From: Macrostomum lignano
Lineage: Eukaryota
Assembly (NCBI GenBank): GCA_002269645.1
Contig: NIVC01003713.1
Location: forward strand, 1 to 64,000
Direction of reading: 5' to 3'
DNA length: 64,000 nucleotides
How positions within the stretch are numbered: the first letter of the stretch is position 1; each line of letters begins with the position of its first letter. The notes under the pieces are model-generated. The model searched no databases, was not told where the DNA came from, and worked only from the letters and a program-made list of their open reading frames with translations. The position numbers and the translations under genes are program-made. Positions 1 to 47,357 of the stretch are shown piece by piece.

Positions 1-109
1 GTTCGTGCAAGTCTTGACAATGAATAATCGAAGTGGTTGAAAATGAAGCGACTGAACTGGCTCTGCTGAGCACGCTGCAGTTCTACTAATAAAAATGTAA
101 TTTTTATTC

Positions 110-960
110 CTCAAATCCCACAGCCTTGAATCGCACACCCTTAACTCCCACACCCTCAAATCCCACACCCAATCCCACACCTTAAATCTCTCACATCTTC
201 AAATCCCACATCCTTAAATCCCAACCCATTAAATCCCACACCTTAACTCTGACATCCTCAAATCCCACACCCTTAAATCCACGCCCTTAACTCTTAAATC
301 CTCAAATCCCACACCCTCAAATCCCACACCATTAAATCCCACGCCCTTAACTCTTAAATCCTAAAATCCCACACCCTTAAATCCCACACTTTAACTCTCA
401 CATCTTCAAATCCCACACCCTTAAATCCCAACCCATTAAATCCCACACCTTAACTCTGACATCCTCAAATCCCACACCCTTAAATCCCACGCCCTTAACT
501 CTTAAATCCTCAAATCCCACACCCTCAAATCCCACACCCTTAAATCCCACGCCCTTAACTCTTAAATCCTCAAATCCCACACCCTTAAATCCCACACCCT
601 TAAATCCCACACCCTTAAATCTCACACCTTAACTCTCACATCCTCAAATCCCACACCCTCAAATCCCACACCATTAAATCCCACGCCCTTAACTCTTAAA
701 TCCTAAAATCCCACACCCTTAAATCCCACACCTTAACTCTCACATCCTCAAATCCCACACCCTGAAATCTCACGCACTTAAATCCCACACCTTAAGCCTC
801 ACATCCTCAAATTCCACACCCTCAAATCCCACACTCTTAAATCCCATACCCCTAAATCTCACATCCTCAAATCCCACATCCTTAACTCCCATATCCTCAA
901 ATGCCACATCCTTAAATCCCACACCCTGAACTCCCTGATCCTTAAATCCCAGATGCTTGA
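110..960. repeat. 15-nt minisatellite (TTAAATCCCACACCC-like)
   Basis: Direct tandem units visible downstream of CPSF2. Confidence 0.9.
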
Positions 961-1238
961 ATCCACAATCAAAGTTTAAGACTCAATACGAGTCTTAAAT
1001 TCTTCGGACCTGCCAGAATAATCAAATCAAATAAATTAGTGGAGTTACAAATGAACCATATCGATAGGGGATTGCGCTGTCATTTGCGAGCCGCCCTCCA
1101 GTCGAACAGGCGATAATAAAAAATGCAGAGTTAATAAATAATTACCAGTCGAGTTTATTTCATAATTGCTGCTCAGGCAATTAATAGTAAAACAACAGTG
1201 CCTAATTATTACGTAACAAATGTCATTCCAGCTGAGCA

Positions 1239-4200
1239 TTACAGAATGGCGTACTGACTGTACACCAGCTCCCGCACCGGAAGTAGTCCTCGCTGCAGGC
1301 CCCTTCAATCAGCAGCCGCCCGGCCTCGGTCCGCTTCACCGCCACCCTGCCGTTGACCACCAGCACTCCGCCCTGGAACTCGGCGGTCATGCCGATCTCC
1401 TGCAGTCGCTGCTTCACGCCGTGCAGCTTGGGCTCGCCGATGAACACAGTCTTGTGGTCTGGCGGCCTGCCGGACTTCCACGGCACCAGAGTCGGCTGCT
1501 CGGTCGGACCCTCCAGATGGATGCTGGCGTCAACCCAGGCCAGCTCGTATTCGCCTAGCGGGAAGAATGTCAGGCTGGAGATCAGCGAGTCCTTCACCCG
1601 GGCCTGGTAGATGTGCGCCTCCTTGGTGACGTCAACTGTTTCGCCATTGGCTGGCGTGTGGATCCGCTCCGGCGCCAGGCCCATGTTGGTGCGGCAGAAC
1701 TCCGCCAGGTGGTCGGTGGCATCCCGGCTGCCCAGCACCAGCACAGTCTCGCGCGGCTTCAACGTCGACACAATCTTCTTGACCGCGTCGCCGTCTGATC
1801 GACCTTCGAAGTCGATGAAAGCGACCGTGCACCGAATGTCGACGTCGACTTGTTCGACCAGGCATTTTGAGGGCGGCTCGGCGTCTCTGGCGGCCCGCTT
1901 CTCGGCGGCGGCCTTTGCGGCGGCTGCGGCGGCCGCTGCGGCTGCCAGGGCGGCCGTGTTGCGGCCCCGACCGCCGTCGGGCAAGTCGGCAACTGCGGAC
2001 GGCGCGAACAGGGCGTTGAACACGTTGGGGTCCACCGGCTCGCCGTAGTCGTCGAAAGTCGGCCTGCAATGGATGTTAATGGGATTTCAATAAGTAAGGA
2101 TATGGGATTTGAGGATCTGGGATTCGAAGAGCTGGGATTTGAGGATCTGGGATTTAAAGATGTGGATTTAAGAATATGGGATTTGAGGATCTGGGATTTG
2201 AGGATCTGGGATTTGAGGATCTGGGAATTGAGAATCTGGGATTTAAGGATCTGAGATTTAAGGATCTGGGATTTGACGATGTAGGATTTGAGGATCTGGG
2301 ATTGGAGGATGTGGGATTTGAGGATTTTGGATTTGAGAATCTAGAATTGAGGAGCTGGGATTTGAGGATCTGGAATTTGAGAATCTGGAAACTGAGGATC
2401 TGGGATTTGAGGGTGTGGGATTCGAGGATCTGAATCATTTACCTGAACTCAACAAGAGGATAGACGAGTTGCTGCTGCTGTTGATGCAGATGATGCAGCT
2501 GATGCAGCTGCCTCTGCTGATGCTGGGCGGCCCGCTTGGCAGCGCTCGGGTTCGGCAGGATGTCGTGCGGCGATGCCGCGGTGAGCAGATTCGAACTCAG
2601 GCTCGATCCGGCGCCCGCGCCCCGCCAGCAGCGCCAGCAGCGCTGCTCAGGCCGCCGACACCGCCGACGCTGCCGTTCATCGGGTCGTCCTTGTCGACGT
2701 CTTCGTCGTCGCTGGATTCGTCGTCAAGGTCGTCGGCGGGGTCGCCGGTGGCGCCAGGTGCTGCTGAGGAGGCGGCGGCGGCGGCATGAGGGCGCTTGGT
2801 TCGCTGCAGGGCCTCCAGCTCGGCGCCCTCGAGGCGCACCTTCCGTTTGACTTCAATTTGCACCTGAGAGGAGTGCGGCTTATCTGATATCGGATTCTGC
2901 AGCATTGAATTCAGGTCCTTCATCCTTTGATGGGCCGCTCCTTATCTTCCCCTAATCCTTTGATGGGCCGCTCTTAATCCCCATCTAATCCTTTGATGGG
3001 CCGCTCCTTATCTTCCCCTAATCCTTTGATGGGCCGCTCCTTATCTTCCCCTAATCCTTTGATGGGCCGCTCTTAATCCCCATCTAATCCTTTGATGGGC
3101 CGCTCTTAATCCCCATCTAATCCTTTGATGGGCCGCTCTTAATCCCCATCTAATCCTTTGATGGGCCGCTCCTTATCTTCCCCTAATCCTTTGATGGGCC
3201 GCTCTTAATCCCCATCTAATCCTTTGATGGGCCGCTCTTAATCCTCATCTTATCCTTTGATGGGTCGCTGTTAATCCCCATCTAATCCTTTGATGGGCCG
3301 CTCTTAATCCCCATCTAATCCTTTGATGGGCCGCTCTTAATCCTCATCTTATCCTTTGATGGGTCGCTGTTAATTCCCATCTAATCCTTTGATGGGCCGC
3401 TCTTAATCCCCATCTAATCCTTTGATGGGCCGCTCTTAATCCCATTCGAATCATTCGAAGGACTCACATGCCGCACATTCCGATTATCGATGAGGTGTCG
3501 GGCGAGGCTGCCTGGCGGGCTGCGCTGAGTCAGGATGATGGCGTTGTTCTCGGCGCCAGCCCACTGCTGGAACAGCTGCCTGGTGAAGCCCCAGTCCAGG
3601 TCGGCCTGGGAGGCCAGGACCACTCGGGGCTCGCGCACTCGGGCCAGGTCCTGCGGTTTTGGAATTTGCGTTGGCTAGATTAGCAATCCACCTCTAATGC
3701 CTAATCAATATTGAATAGATTAGCAATCCATCTGTAATCCAGCATATCCAAACTGACTAGATTAGCAATCCACCTCTAATCCAGCATATCCAAAATGACT
3801 AGATTAGCAATCCACCTCTGATCCAGCATATCCAAACTGACTAGATTAGCAATCCACCTCTAATCCAGCATATCCAAACTGACTAGACTAGCAATCCACC
3901 TCTAATCCACTATATCCAAACTAACTAGATTAGCAATCCACCTCTAATCCACTATATCCAAACTAACTAGATTAGCAATCCACCTCTAATCCAGCATATC
4001 CAAAATGACTAGATTAGCAATCCACCTCTAATCCAGCATATCCAAAATGACTAGATTAGCAATCCACCTCTGATCCAGCATATCCAAACTGCCTAGATTA
4101 GCAATCCACCTCTGATCCAGCGTATCCAAAATGACTAGATTAGCAATCCACCTCTGATCCAGCATATCCAAACTGACTAGATTAGCAATCCACCTCTAAT

Positions 4201-6447
4201 CAGCATATCCAAACTGACTAGATTAGCAATCCATCTCTAATCCACCATATTCAATCTGACAAGATTAGCAATAGCAATCCACCTCTGATCCAGCATATCC
4301 AAACTGACTAGATTAGCAATTCACCTCTAATCCAGCATATCCAAAATGACTAGATTAGCAATCCACCTCTGATCCAGCATATCCAAACTGACTAGATTAG
4401 CAATCCACCTCTAATCCAGCATATCCAAACTGACTAGACTAGCAATCCACCTCTAATCCACTATATCCAAACTGACTAGATTAGCAATCCACCTCTGATC
4501 CACTATATCCAAACTAACTAGATTAGCAATCCACCTCTAATCCAGCATATCCAAACTGACTAGATTAGCAATCCACCTCTAATCCACTATATCCAAACTA
4601 ACTAGATTAGCAATCCACCTCTGATCCAGCATATCCAAACTGACTAGATTAGCAATCCACCTCTAATCCAGCATATCCAAATGACTAGATTAGCAATCCA
4701 CCTCTAATCCAGCATATCCAAACTGCCTAGATTAGCAATCCACCTCTGATCCAGCGTATCCAAAATGACTTGATTAGCAATCCACCTCTGATCCAGCGTA
4801 TCCAAAATGACTAGATTAGCAATCCACCTCTGATCCAGCATATCCAAACTGACTAGATTAGCAATCCACCTCTAATCCAGCATATCCAAACTGACTAGAT
4901 TAGCAATCCATCTCTAATTCACCATATTCAATCTGACTAGATTAGCAATAGCAATCCACCTCTGATCCAGCATATCCAAACTGACTAGATTAGCAATCCA
5001 CCTCTAATCCACCATATCCAAAATGACTAGATTAGCAATCCACCTCTAATCCACTATATCCAAACTAACTAGATTAGCAATCCACCTCTAATCCACTATA
5101 TCCAAACTAACTAGATTAGCAATCCACCTCTAATCCACTATATCCAGACTAACTAGATTAGCAATCCACCTCTAATCCACTATATCCAAACTAACTAGAT
5201 TAGCAATCCACCTCTAATTCAGCATATCCAAACTGACTAGATTAGCAATCCACCTCTAATCCAGCATATCCAAACTGACTAGATTAGCAATCCACCTCTA
5301 ATCCAGCATATCCAAACTAACTAGATTAGCAATCCACCTCTGATCCAGCATATCCAAACTGACTAGATTAGCAATCCACCTCTAATCCACTATATCCAAA
5401 CTGACTAGATTAGCAATCCAGCATATCCAAACTAACTAGATTAGCAATCCACCTCTAATCCAGCATATCCAAACTGACTAGATCAGCAATCCAGACTCTC
5501 ACCTGCAGGCTGTGACAAACGTGCAGATACCGAAAATTAAACGGATTATCTCTGCTAAGCTCGAACTGCTTGGTAACCCGATCGCTCATCCACTCAACCT
5601 GAGACTTGGCATGCTCAACAACATTATGAGCAACGCAATTCAACAGCGCCAGACTGTAGGCCATCAAGCCGGATTGCTGATTCTGCCACAGCTGCTCCAG
5701 CAGGTGAGTCAGCTCCAGGCATCGTCCCGCAGTGTCGGTAGCAATCAGCACGTTGCCGCCATCCCGCAGGGTGCCAAGAATCGATGTCATCAGCTGTTCA
5801 TCTCTGGCGCGTCGTCGGCGCTGGTTGTACAGCATGTTGGCGCAGTCGGTGATGAGCAGCGATGGTCGGAATGTCAAATCAAAGCTGGCTCCGTTCAGGT
5901 GCCGCTCCTTCTTGTGGTTGTAGCCCAGGGCGTACACAATCTCCTCCTCGCCGTCCACTATCTTCCACAATGTGGCGCCCAGACTGTGCCCGGCAGGCAG
6001 CGGCGTGATGGCGATGCCGTGACCTTTGCCCTCGAAGGTGACCGTCTGCTGGTACTTCAACTGATGCACCCGGTCGAATGCGGCGTCGATATCGTCAAGG
6101 CTGAACAAGTTGAACTCTTCCACGGTGGCATGCGAGGCGTGCAGGTCGTACAGCATCATCTGGCCCATGCGGCGCACCGGGACGGTGGAGTAGATTGGGC
6201 AGGTCAGGCCGCACCTGCCTACCAGGTAGGGCAGAGCGCCGATGTAGAACGGATCCGAGTGGCTCAACAGCACGGCATCGATCTCCTTAGTAACTGGCTT
6301 CAATTGCTCAACATAGTCAGCCTTGAAGCTGGAGTCCCAGCCGCAGTCCAGCAGCAGTTTAAACTCATCGATTTGCAACAGGAAACAGGGCGGAGTCTCC
6401 GACTGGGCGCCCGAGAAGGCGCGCAGCTTCACTATACAGGTTGCCAT
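1239..6447 (-). CDS. CPSF2: Cleavage and polyadenylation specificity factor subunit 2 (CPSF100); 4 exons, with two apparent 1-nt frameshifts
   Basis: Exons 5503-6447, 3468-3650, 2443-2863, 1239-2063, all with GT-AG boundaries. Motifs match CPSF2: [87 protein letters not shown]. Adding one G near 2620-2623 and one near 1277-1278 restores HDIL...LVYPLVEFR and the C-terminus [20 protein letters not shown] on the minus strand at 1154-1159. Confidence 0.95.
2100..2430. repeat. 15-nt minisatellite GGGATTTGAGGATCT filling CPSF2 intron 3
   Basis: Tandem units between the splice sites at 2064 and 2442. Confidence 0.9.
2925..3445. repeat. 33-nt minisatellite filling CPSF2 intron 2
   Basis: Unit TAATCCTTTGATGGGCCGCTCTTAATCCCCATC. 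Confidence 0.9.
3675..5495. repeat. 42-nt minisatellite filling CPSF2 intron 1
   Basis: Unit ACTAGATTAGCAATCCACCTCTAATCCAGCATATCCAAACTG, about 40 copies. Confidence 0.95.
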
Positions 6448-6579
6448 GGTGACCGGTCAGGCTGGACAACCTCTTAATAAGCATGCAATTTATCCAGTTG
6501 CACCGCGGATGCGTAGAATTGAGAATTATTTTCACACTCCGGCTACTAAAGTAGACTGGTACCTGCACCTTCCATGGGT

Positions 6580-7730
6580 CCTAGCTGCCCCCCAGGGAGC
6601 CTACCCGCCCCCAGGGATCTTACCTGCCTAATGGATCCTACACCACTCCCGGTGGATCCTAACCCCCTCCCGATGGATCCTACACCACCCCCGATGGATC
6701 CTACACCACCCCCGATGGATCCTACACCACCCCCGATGGATCCTACACCACCCCCGATGGATTCTACACCACCCCCGATGGATCCTACACCACCCCCAAT
6801 GGATTCTACACCACCCCCGATGGATCCTACACCACCCCCAGGGATCCTACCCGCCACCAGGGATCCTACCCGGCCCCAGGGAGCCTACCCGGCCCAGGGA
6901 GCCTAACCCGCCCCCAGGGATTCTACCCGCCCCCAGGGAGCCTACCCGCCTCCAGGGATTCTACCCCCCCCAGGGAGCCTACCCGGCCCCAGGGAGCCTA
7001 CCGGCCCCCAGGGAACCTCCTACCTGCCCCAGGGATCCTACCCGCCCCCAGGGAGCCTACACGTCCCCAAGGGATCCTACCCGCCCCCAGGGAGCCGACA
7101 CGTCCCCAGGGATCCTACCCGCCCCCAGGGAGCCGACACGTCCCCAGGGATCCTACCCGCCCCCAGGGAGCCGACACGTCCCCAGGGATCCTACCGGCCC
7201 CCAGGGAGCCGACACGTCCCCCAGGGATCCTACCGGCCCCCAGGGATCCTCCTACCCGCCCCCAGGGAGCAACCGGCCCCCAGGGATTCTACCCGCCCCC
7301 AGGGAGCCTACCCGCCCCAGGGATTCTACCCGCCCCAGGGAGCCTACCCGCCCCAGGGAGCCTACACGTCCCCCAGGGAGCCTACACGTCCCCCAGGGAG
7401 CCTACACGTCCCCCAGGGAGCCTACACGTCCCCCAGGGAGCCTACACGTCCCCCAGGGAGCCTACACGTCCCCCAGGGAGCCTACACGTCCCCCAGGGAG
7501 CCTACACGTCCCCCAGGGAGCCTACACGTCCCCCAGGGAGCCTACACGTCCCCCAGGGAGCCTACCCGCCCCCAGGGATTCTACATTACCCGCCCCCAGG
7601 GAGCCTACCCGGCCCCAGGGAGCCTACCGGCCCCCAGGGAACCTCCTACCTGCCCCAGGGATCCTACCCGCCCCCAGGGAGCCTACATGTCCCCCAGGGA
7701 TCCTACCGGCCCCCAGGGAGCCTACCCCTC
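6580..7730. repeat. GC-rich 20-21-nt minisatellites between ENOX and CPSF2
   Basis: GATGGATCCTACACCACCCCC (21 nt) then CCCCAGGGAGCCTACACGTC (about 20 nt) units. Confidence 0.9.
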
Positions 7731-8087
7731 CACTTTCTGTTTCTTTTATATCGAAAATAAACAACGAAATGAATATGCAGCAGTAATGCATAACCACCGC
7801 ATTATATTTTCATAAATAAAGTTAGGAATAAAGAAAAGTATATAGATTTCAAGAAATTTCACAGATAACGCTTAATAAAAAGCTATTTTTCAGTTGACAG
7901 CTTGTTGCGAAGGATAAAAGGCATTGTCCAGAAAAACATAAATGGTTTAGAAATGCTTGAAAAAAGTGGACTAGACTAGAATAGAAAGCAGTATAAAAAA
8001 AGAAGACGACGCAAGAAATTTACAGCAATCGTTTTTTTCCGGACGGATAATGACAAAAAAGGTTATCATTTTCAGTTGCCAGCAGAG

Positions 8088-11145
<3,058 letters not shown>

Positions 11146-11349
11146 GACTGAAGCAAATATGGTGATGATTATTTATGAATTATGGATCCAGGTTAATAGA
11201 AAGGTTTTCTCTTATTGATAAACAGACCCATTAATCCCTAGGCACAAATGCATAAAAATTTCTGAACAGGTTATGAATGCTGTTCATCATCAGTTATGAA
11301 TGCTCCCCTAATCTTGCGCATTCTCCATGGGACAAGTTCTCATGAACTC

Positions 11350-11545
11350 AATGTGGGGGAATTTCTAATCCCACTCATAATGGGGGAATTTCTCATCCCT
11401 CTCAAAATAGGAGAATTTCTCATCCCTCTCAAAATAGGAGAATTTCTCATACCTCTCATAATGGGGGAATTTCTCATACCTCTCATAATGGGGGAATTTC
11501 TCATCCCTCTCATAATGGGGGGAATTTCTTTTTTCTCTCATAATG
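11350..11545. repeat. 27-nt minisatellite upstream of ENOX
   Basis: Unit GGGGAATTTCTCATCCCTCTCATAATG. Confidence 0.8.
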
Positions 11546-12269
11546 GGGGAGTTTCTCATCTCTCAGTTTCGCATTTTTCAATTTTTAACAAGAGAATGTC
11601 CCTAAATCCAAGACTAAAGTTTCAAAAAGAACTGAATAGAATTTAATCTTAGTATTAGGCCAAATTAATTGAACAGTAAGAAACAGTAATTAAGGAATTA
11701 GTTATCCAAGAAGACAATTTTACTATGAAGTAGTAATATATGATTCAGTAGTTTTCATTGCGCACATATGAATCCGTAAGAACATTAATTCAGTAGAAAT
11801 ACATAAGCTCTGTATATTATATTAAAGCACTGGTAATAAAAGCCGGAACAGAAGCTTAAAAAAGAAGAATATACATATTTATAAATCTGAAGTTTAGATA
11901 TAATTTAGTATAATGGAATTGGACTAAATCGCATCGTTCCGCTATATAGTCACAAGGAGCTTTAATAACAAGAAAATACACAAATCAAAATGGAATGCTT
12001 CAATCATCGATCTAATGAACTTCTTCAAAGCAGATTTTCAAGCAGGTACAATGGTTCTTAATGTTAGGATGACAAAAAAAACAAATTTGCAATGAAGCAA
12101 GACTGTCCCCGTTTCTACATGTAAAAGCTACCAGATTCTTAAAGAAACTAACCTTGTTTCCAAAAATGACCTCGGGTTAAAACTACCAACTTCTCAAAAT
12201 CATGAAATTCTACAAGTTACTAAATTCTCAAGAATACAAACTTTTCAAAACTAACAAATTCTTAAAACT

Positions 12270-13365
12270 ACTGATATCTCAAAACTACTGAATTCTCAAA
12301 ACTACTGAATTTTCAAAGCTATCGAATTCTCAAAAACTATCGAATTCTCAAAACTACCGTATTCTCAAAACCACCCTATTCTCGAAACTACCAACTTCTC
12401 AAAACTACTGAATTCTCAAAACTACCGAATTCTCAAAGCTACTGAATTCTCAAAACTACCGAATTCTCAAAGCTACTGAATTCTCAAAACTACTGAATTC
12501 TCAAAACTACCGAATTCTCAAAGCTACTGAATTCTCAAAACTACTGAATTCTCAAAACTACCGAATTCTCAAAACTACTGAATTCTCAAAACTACCGAAT
12601 TCTCAAAGCTACCGAATTCTCAAAGCTACCGAATTCTCAAAACTACTGAATTCTCAAAGCTACCGAATTCTCAAAACTACTGAATTCTCAAAACTATCGA
12701 ATTCTCAAAACTATCGAATTCTCAAAACTATCGAATTCTCAAAACTACTGAATTCTCAAAGCTACCGAATTCTCAAAACTACTGAATTCTCAAAACTACC
12801 GAATTCTCAAAGCTACTGAATTCTCAAAACTATCGAATTCTCAAAGCTACCGAATTCTCAAAGCTACTGAATTCTCAAAACTATCGAATTCTCAAAGCTA
12901 CCGAATTCTCAAAACTACCGAATTCTCAAAACTACTGAATTCTCAAAACTACCGAATTCTCAAAGCTACCGAATTCTCAAAGCTACCGAATTCTCAAAAC
13001 TACTGAATTCTCAAAGCTACCGAATTCTCAAAACTACTGAATTCTCAAAACTATCGAATTCTCAAAACTACCGTATTCTCAAAGCTACTGAATTCTCAAA
13101 ACTACTGAATTCTCAAAACTACCGAATTCTCAAAGCTACCGAATTCTCAAAGCTACCGAATTCTCAAAACTACTGAATTCTCAAAGCTACCGAATTCTCA
13201 AAAAACTACCGAATTCTCAAAACTACTGAATTCTCAAAGCTTCCGAATTCTCAAAGCTACCGAATTCTCAAAACTACCGAATTCTCAAAGCTACCGAATT
13301 CTCAAAACTACTGAATTCTCAAAGCTACTGAATTCTCAAAGCTACTGAATTCTCAAAAACTACTG
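12270..13365. repeat. 17-nt minisatellite (GAATTCTCAAAACTACY) downstream of the ITPR stop
   Basis: Dozens of tandem units, each carrying a GAATTC site. Confidence 0.95.
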
Positions 13366-13537
13366 GTTAATTCCCAAAACTACCAGATTCTCAATTTAAC
13401 CAAATTTTTAAAGCTACCGACTTCACAAACTACTAGCAAATTTCTCAAAACTGCTACTATTTCCAAAACTAGCAGATTCTGAACGAGTCCCAGCAAACTC
13501 CTATACAGCTAGCTAAGCTAAATAAGCGCCAGCCAAG

Positions 13538-44829
<31,292 letters not shown>

Positions 44830-45046
44830 TGTGAACTTTAAATTCTAGATCCGCTCAGATCTTGGTTGCTAGCTGGAATTTTTGAAAAGAAGCATTTCTT
44901 CACAACTGACTCTTAAATTCCAATTATCAACAATATTAATAATTTCAAATGAGTGACAGCAAAGAATTTCAAACAAATATTTTTAAACCGCATTTTTTCT
45001 AGTCATGACAAATGACTAGAAGAGGGAAGAAATAAATTTAAGTTTT

Positions 45047-45250
45047 CTGCAAGCAGAAATGTTTTCAGAGTCTTCTGCAAGCAGAAATGTTTTCAGAGTC
45101 TTCCGCAAGCAGAAATGTTTTCAGAGTCTTCTGCAAGCAGAAATGTTTTCAGAGTCTTCCGCAAGCAGAAATGTTTTCAGTCTTCCGCAAGCAGAAATGT
45201 TTTCAGAGTCTTCTGCAAGCAGAAATGTTTTCAAAGTCTTCTGCAAGCAG
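45047..45250. repeat. 28-nt minisatellite upstream of the ITPR ATG
   Basis: Unit CTGCAAGCAGAAATGTTTTCAGAGTCTT. Confidence 0.85.
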
Positions 45251-45371
45251 AATTTTTTAACAAATTTACAGGCATCTATTGAAATTGCCTCAATGTAATG
45301 TTTATAAATTTTAAAACGCAATTTTCATAGGCTATAATTCTTCAGAGATTTATCAATTTTTGTTGGGCTAA

Positions 45372-46697
45372 AATCCTGCGCCGCAATCCTGCGCAGTCCT
45401 GCGCCGCGAAGCTGTTCAACCGCATGCTGCTATCGCGGCTACAGCCTGTGCTGGACCCGTACTTGCGGCCTGAGCAGAACGGATTCCGGCCCCATCGCGG
45501 CACAGTGACGCAGATCCTGGCTCTTCGGCGAGTCATCGAGGAGGCGCGCATCCGCCAGTTGACCCTCATCCTGATCTTCGTCGATTTCAGGAAGGCCTTC
45601 GACTCGGTCGTGAGGGACGCGCTCCCAGAGGTGCTCCGTGCGTACAACGTGCCAGAGCTGCTGATTTCTGCTGTCATGGCGCTGTACCACGGCACGACGG
45701 CTGCTGTCTCAACACCGGACGGCCTATCGGATTTCTTCGAGACATCCTCCGGGGTGCTCCAGGGAGATACGCTAGCGCCGTTCCTATTTATTCTGGTGCT
45801 TGACTGGGTGCTACGGACTGCTCTGCCTTCCAACGACGACGGCTTCCTGCTGCGGCGACGCGTGGGTCGACGCCAACCGGAGAGACGGCTCAGCGTGCTT
45901 GGCTACGCCGATGACCTCGCCCTGCTGTCCTCGACCGTCGAGGGCGCCCAACGACAGCTGGATAGGCTGGTTGCCGTTGCGGCGAGCGTCGGCCTGGTGG
46001 TCAACACGCAGAAGACCGTCGTGCTATGCGTGCCGGACGACACCGAGGCTGCAATCTTCTGCCGAGGCGCTGACGGACAGGCGAGTGAGCTTCCAAGATG
46101 TCAGCAGTTCGTCTACCTCGGCGGTCTGGTTCCCGACGTTCGCGAGGATCTGCGGCGTCGCCGAGGACTTGCCTGGGCTGCCTTTCGTTCTATAAGGTCA
46201 GTCCTGCAGTCCGAGGCCCTACCGGACCGCCAGAGGGCGGCGCTGTTCCAGGCGGTGATCGAAACCGTCCTGTTATACAACGCCGAGACCTGGACGCTGA
46301 CAGACTCGCTCGAGGCTCAAGTCGACGCGGCGCACGCTGGCCTGCTGCGCGCCGCCTTCAAGATCGGCAACGAGCGAGTCACCAACACGGCGCTCTACCA
46401 TCGCGCCGGCCTGGCCCGTCCTAGCGATCTGCTGCGCCGTCGGCGACTCCAGCTGGCAGGCCACGTCATCCGCGCCGAGGCCTACTGTCCGGAGCCGGTG
46501 CAGGAGGTGCTGCTACTTACGTTGCAGGCACCCTACCGGCGGGGACAAGCGAGGACACGGCGCTACGTCGACTGTCTGCTGGCTGACGCCGGCGCCCCGG
46601 ACTCTGCCGGCGGTGCGGCCTTTGTTCGCGCCCAAGCTTCGAAGCGTGCCATCTGACGTTGCTTTTTACGACCCGGCAGCGTACTCTGTTGTTGTTG
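45372..46697 (+). mobile_element. 5'-truncated non-LTR retrotransposon (RTE-like) with reverse transcriptase
   Basis: ORF 45424-46656 with EQNGFR, VDFRKAFDSV, GVLQGDTLAPFLF and YADD. (TTG)n tail; TSD TTGTTGGGCTAA at 45360-45371 and 46698-46709. The clade call rests on the short 3' UTR and microsatellite tail. Confidence 0.9.
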
Positions 46698-47357
46698 TTG
46701 TTGGGCTAAGGAGAAATAAAAAACCATAAATATATTAAATTGAATCAACCCATTGAACTCGAAGACACTATGCACAGCATAAAACTTAAAATTCAGGCAA
46801 TGTACAAAGAAATTTTGACAATAAGCCCGCCATCCCAGACGAACACTATAATATAATGACAGGGGTACGCAAGCATAAGCAGCTGCCTTAGGCATGCAAT
46901 TTAACCGCATTAATAAAACAAAACATTATGCCACTACCCGGTGAAATTAATATAAAACAATAAGCATACGAAAAGTAGCGCAAATTCAAGGAAAGTGAAA
47001 AAGAAACAATAGCAATCTGGATACACATCAGTAAATGTTCTGGCACAATATGCTATTTTGATACTGGGAATGAAATTCAGTAAAGAAGTGACTAGAAAAG
47101 CTAACAAATGATACATAAAATACTATATAAAAATAGAGGAATGCGCGTGAAGCCTACTACTAGTAGACTAGAGACAATTAAAGCTAAAATAATATATTCT
47201 GCATATAGTAGTCAAACAGTTAAGACATGGACCCGTTCACCTCAATTGAGCATAAGATATGAATCTAAAAACGCAAACGCAAAAAAGCAAAAAATATTAC
47301 AGCCATCATTATACTACTAACGACAGTAGCAAAACAGTAGTTACAGTAAAAATCAGT

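Noticed and set aside
3675-5495. CRISPR-like regular repeats (also the 28-33-nt arrays elsewhere)
   Set aside because: Units are contiguous with no unique spacers, no cas genes are present, and the context is eukaryotic introns.
5512-6477. Long plus-strand ORFs overlapping CPSF2, ITPR and RTE exons (e.g. 5512-6477, 14208-14678, 22602-23273)
   Set aside because: Antisense shadow frames expected in GC-rich coding sequence; no motifs recognised.
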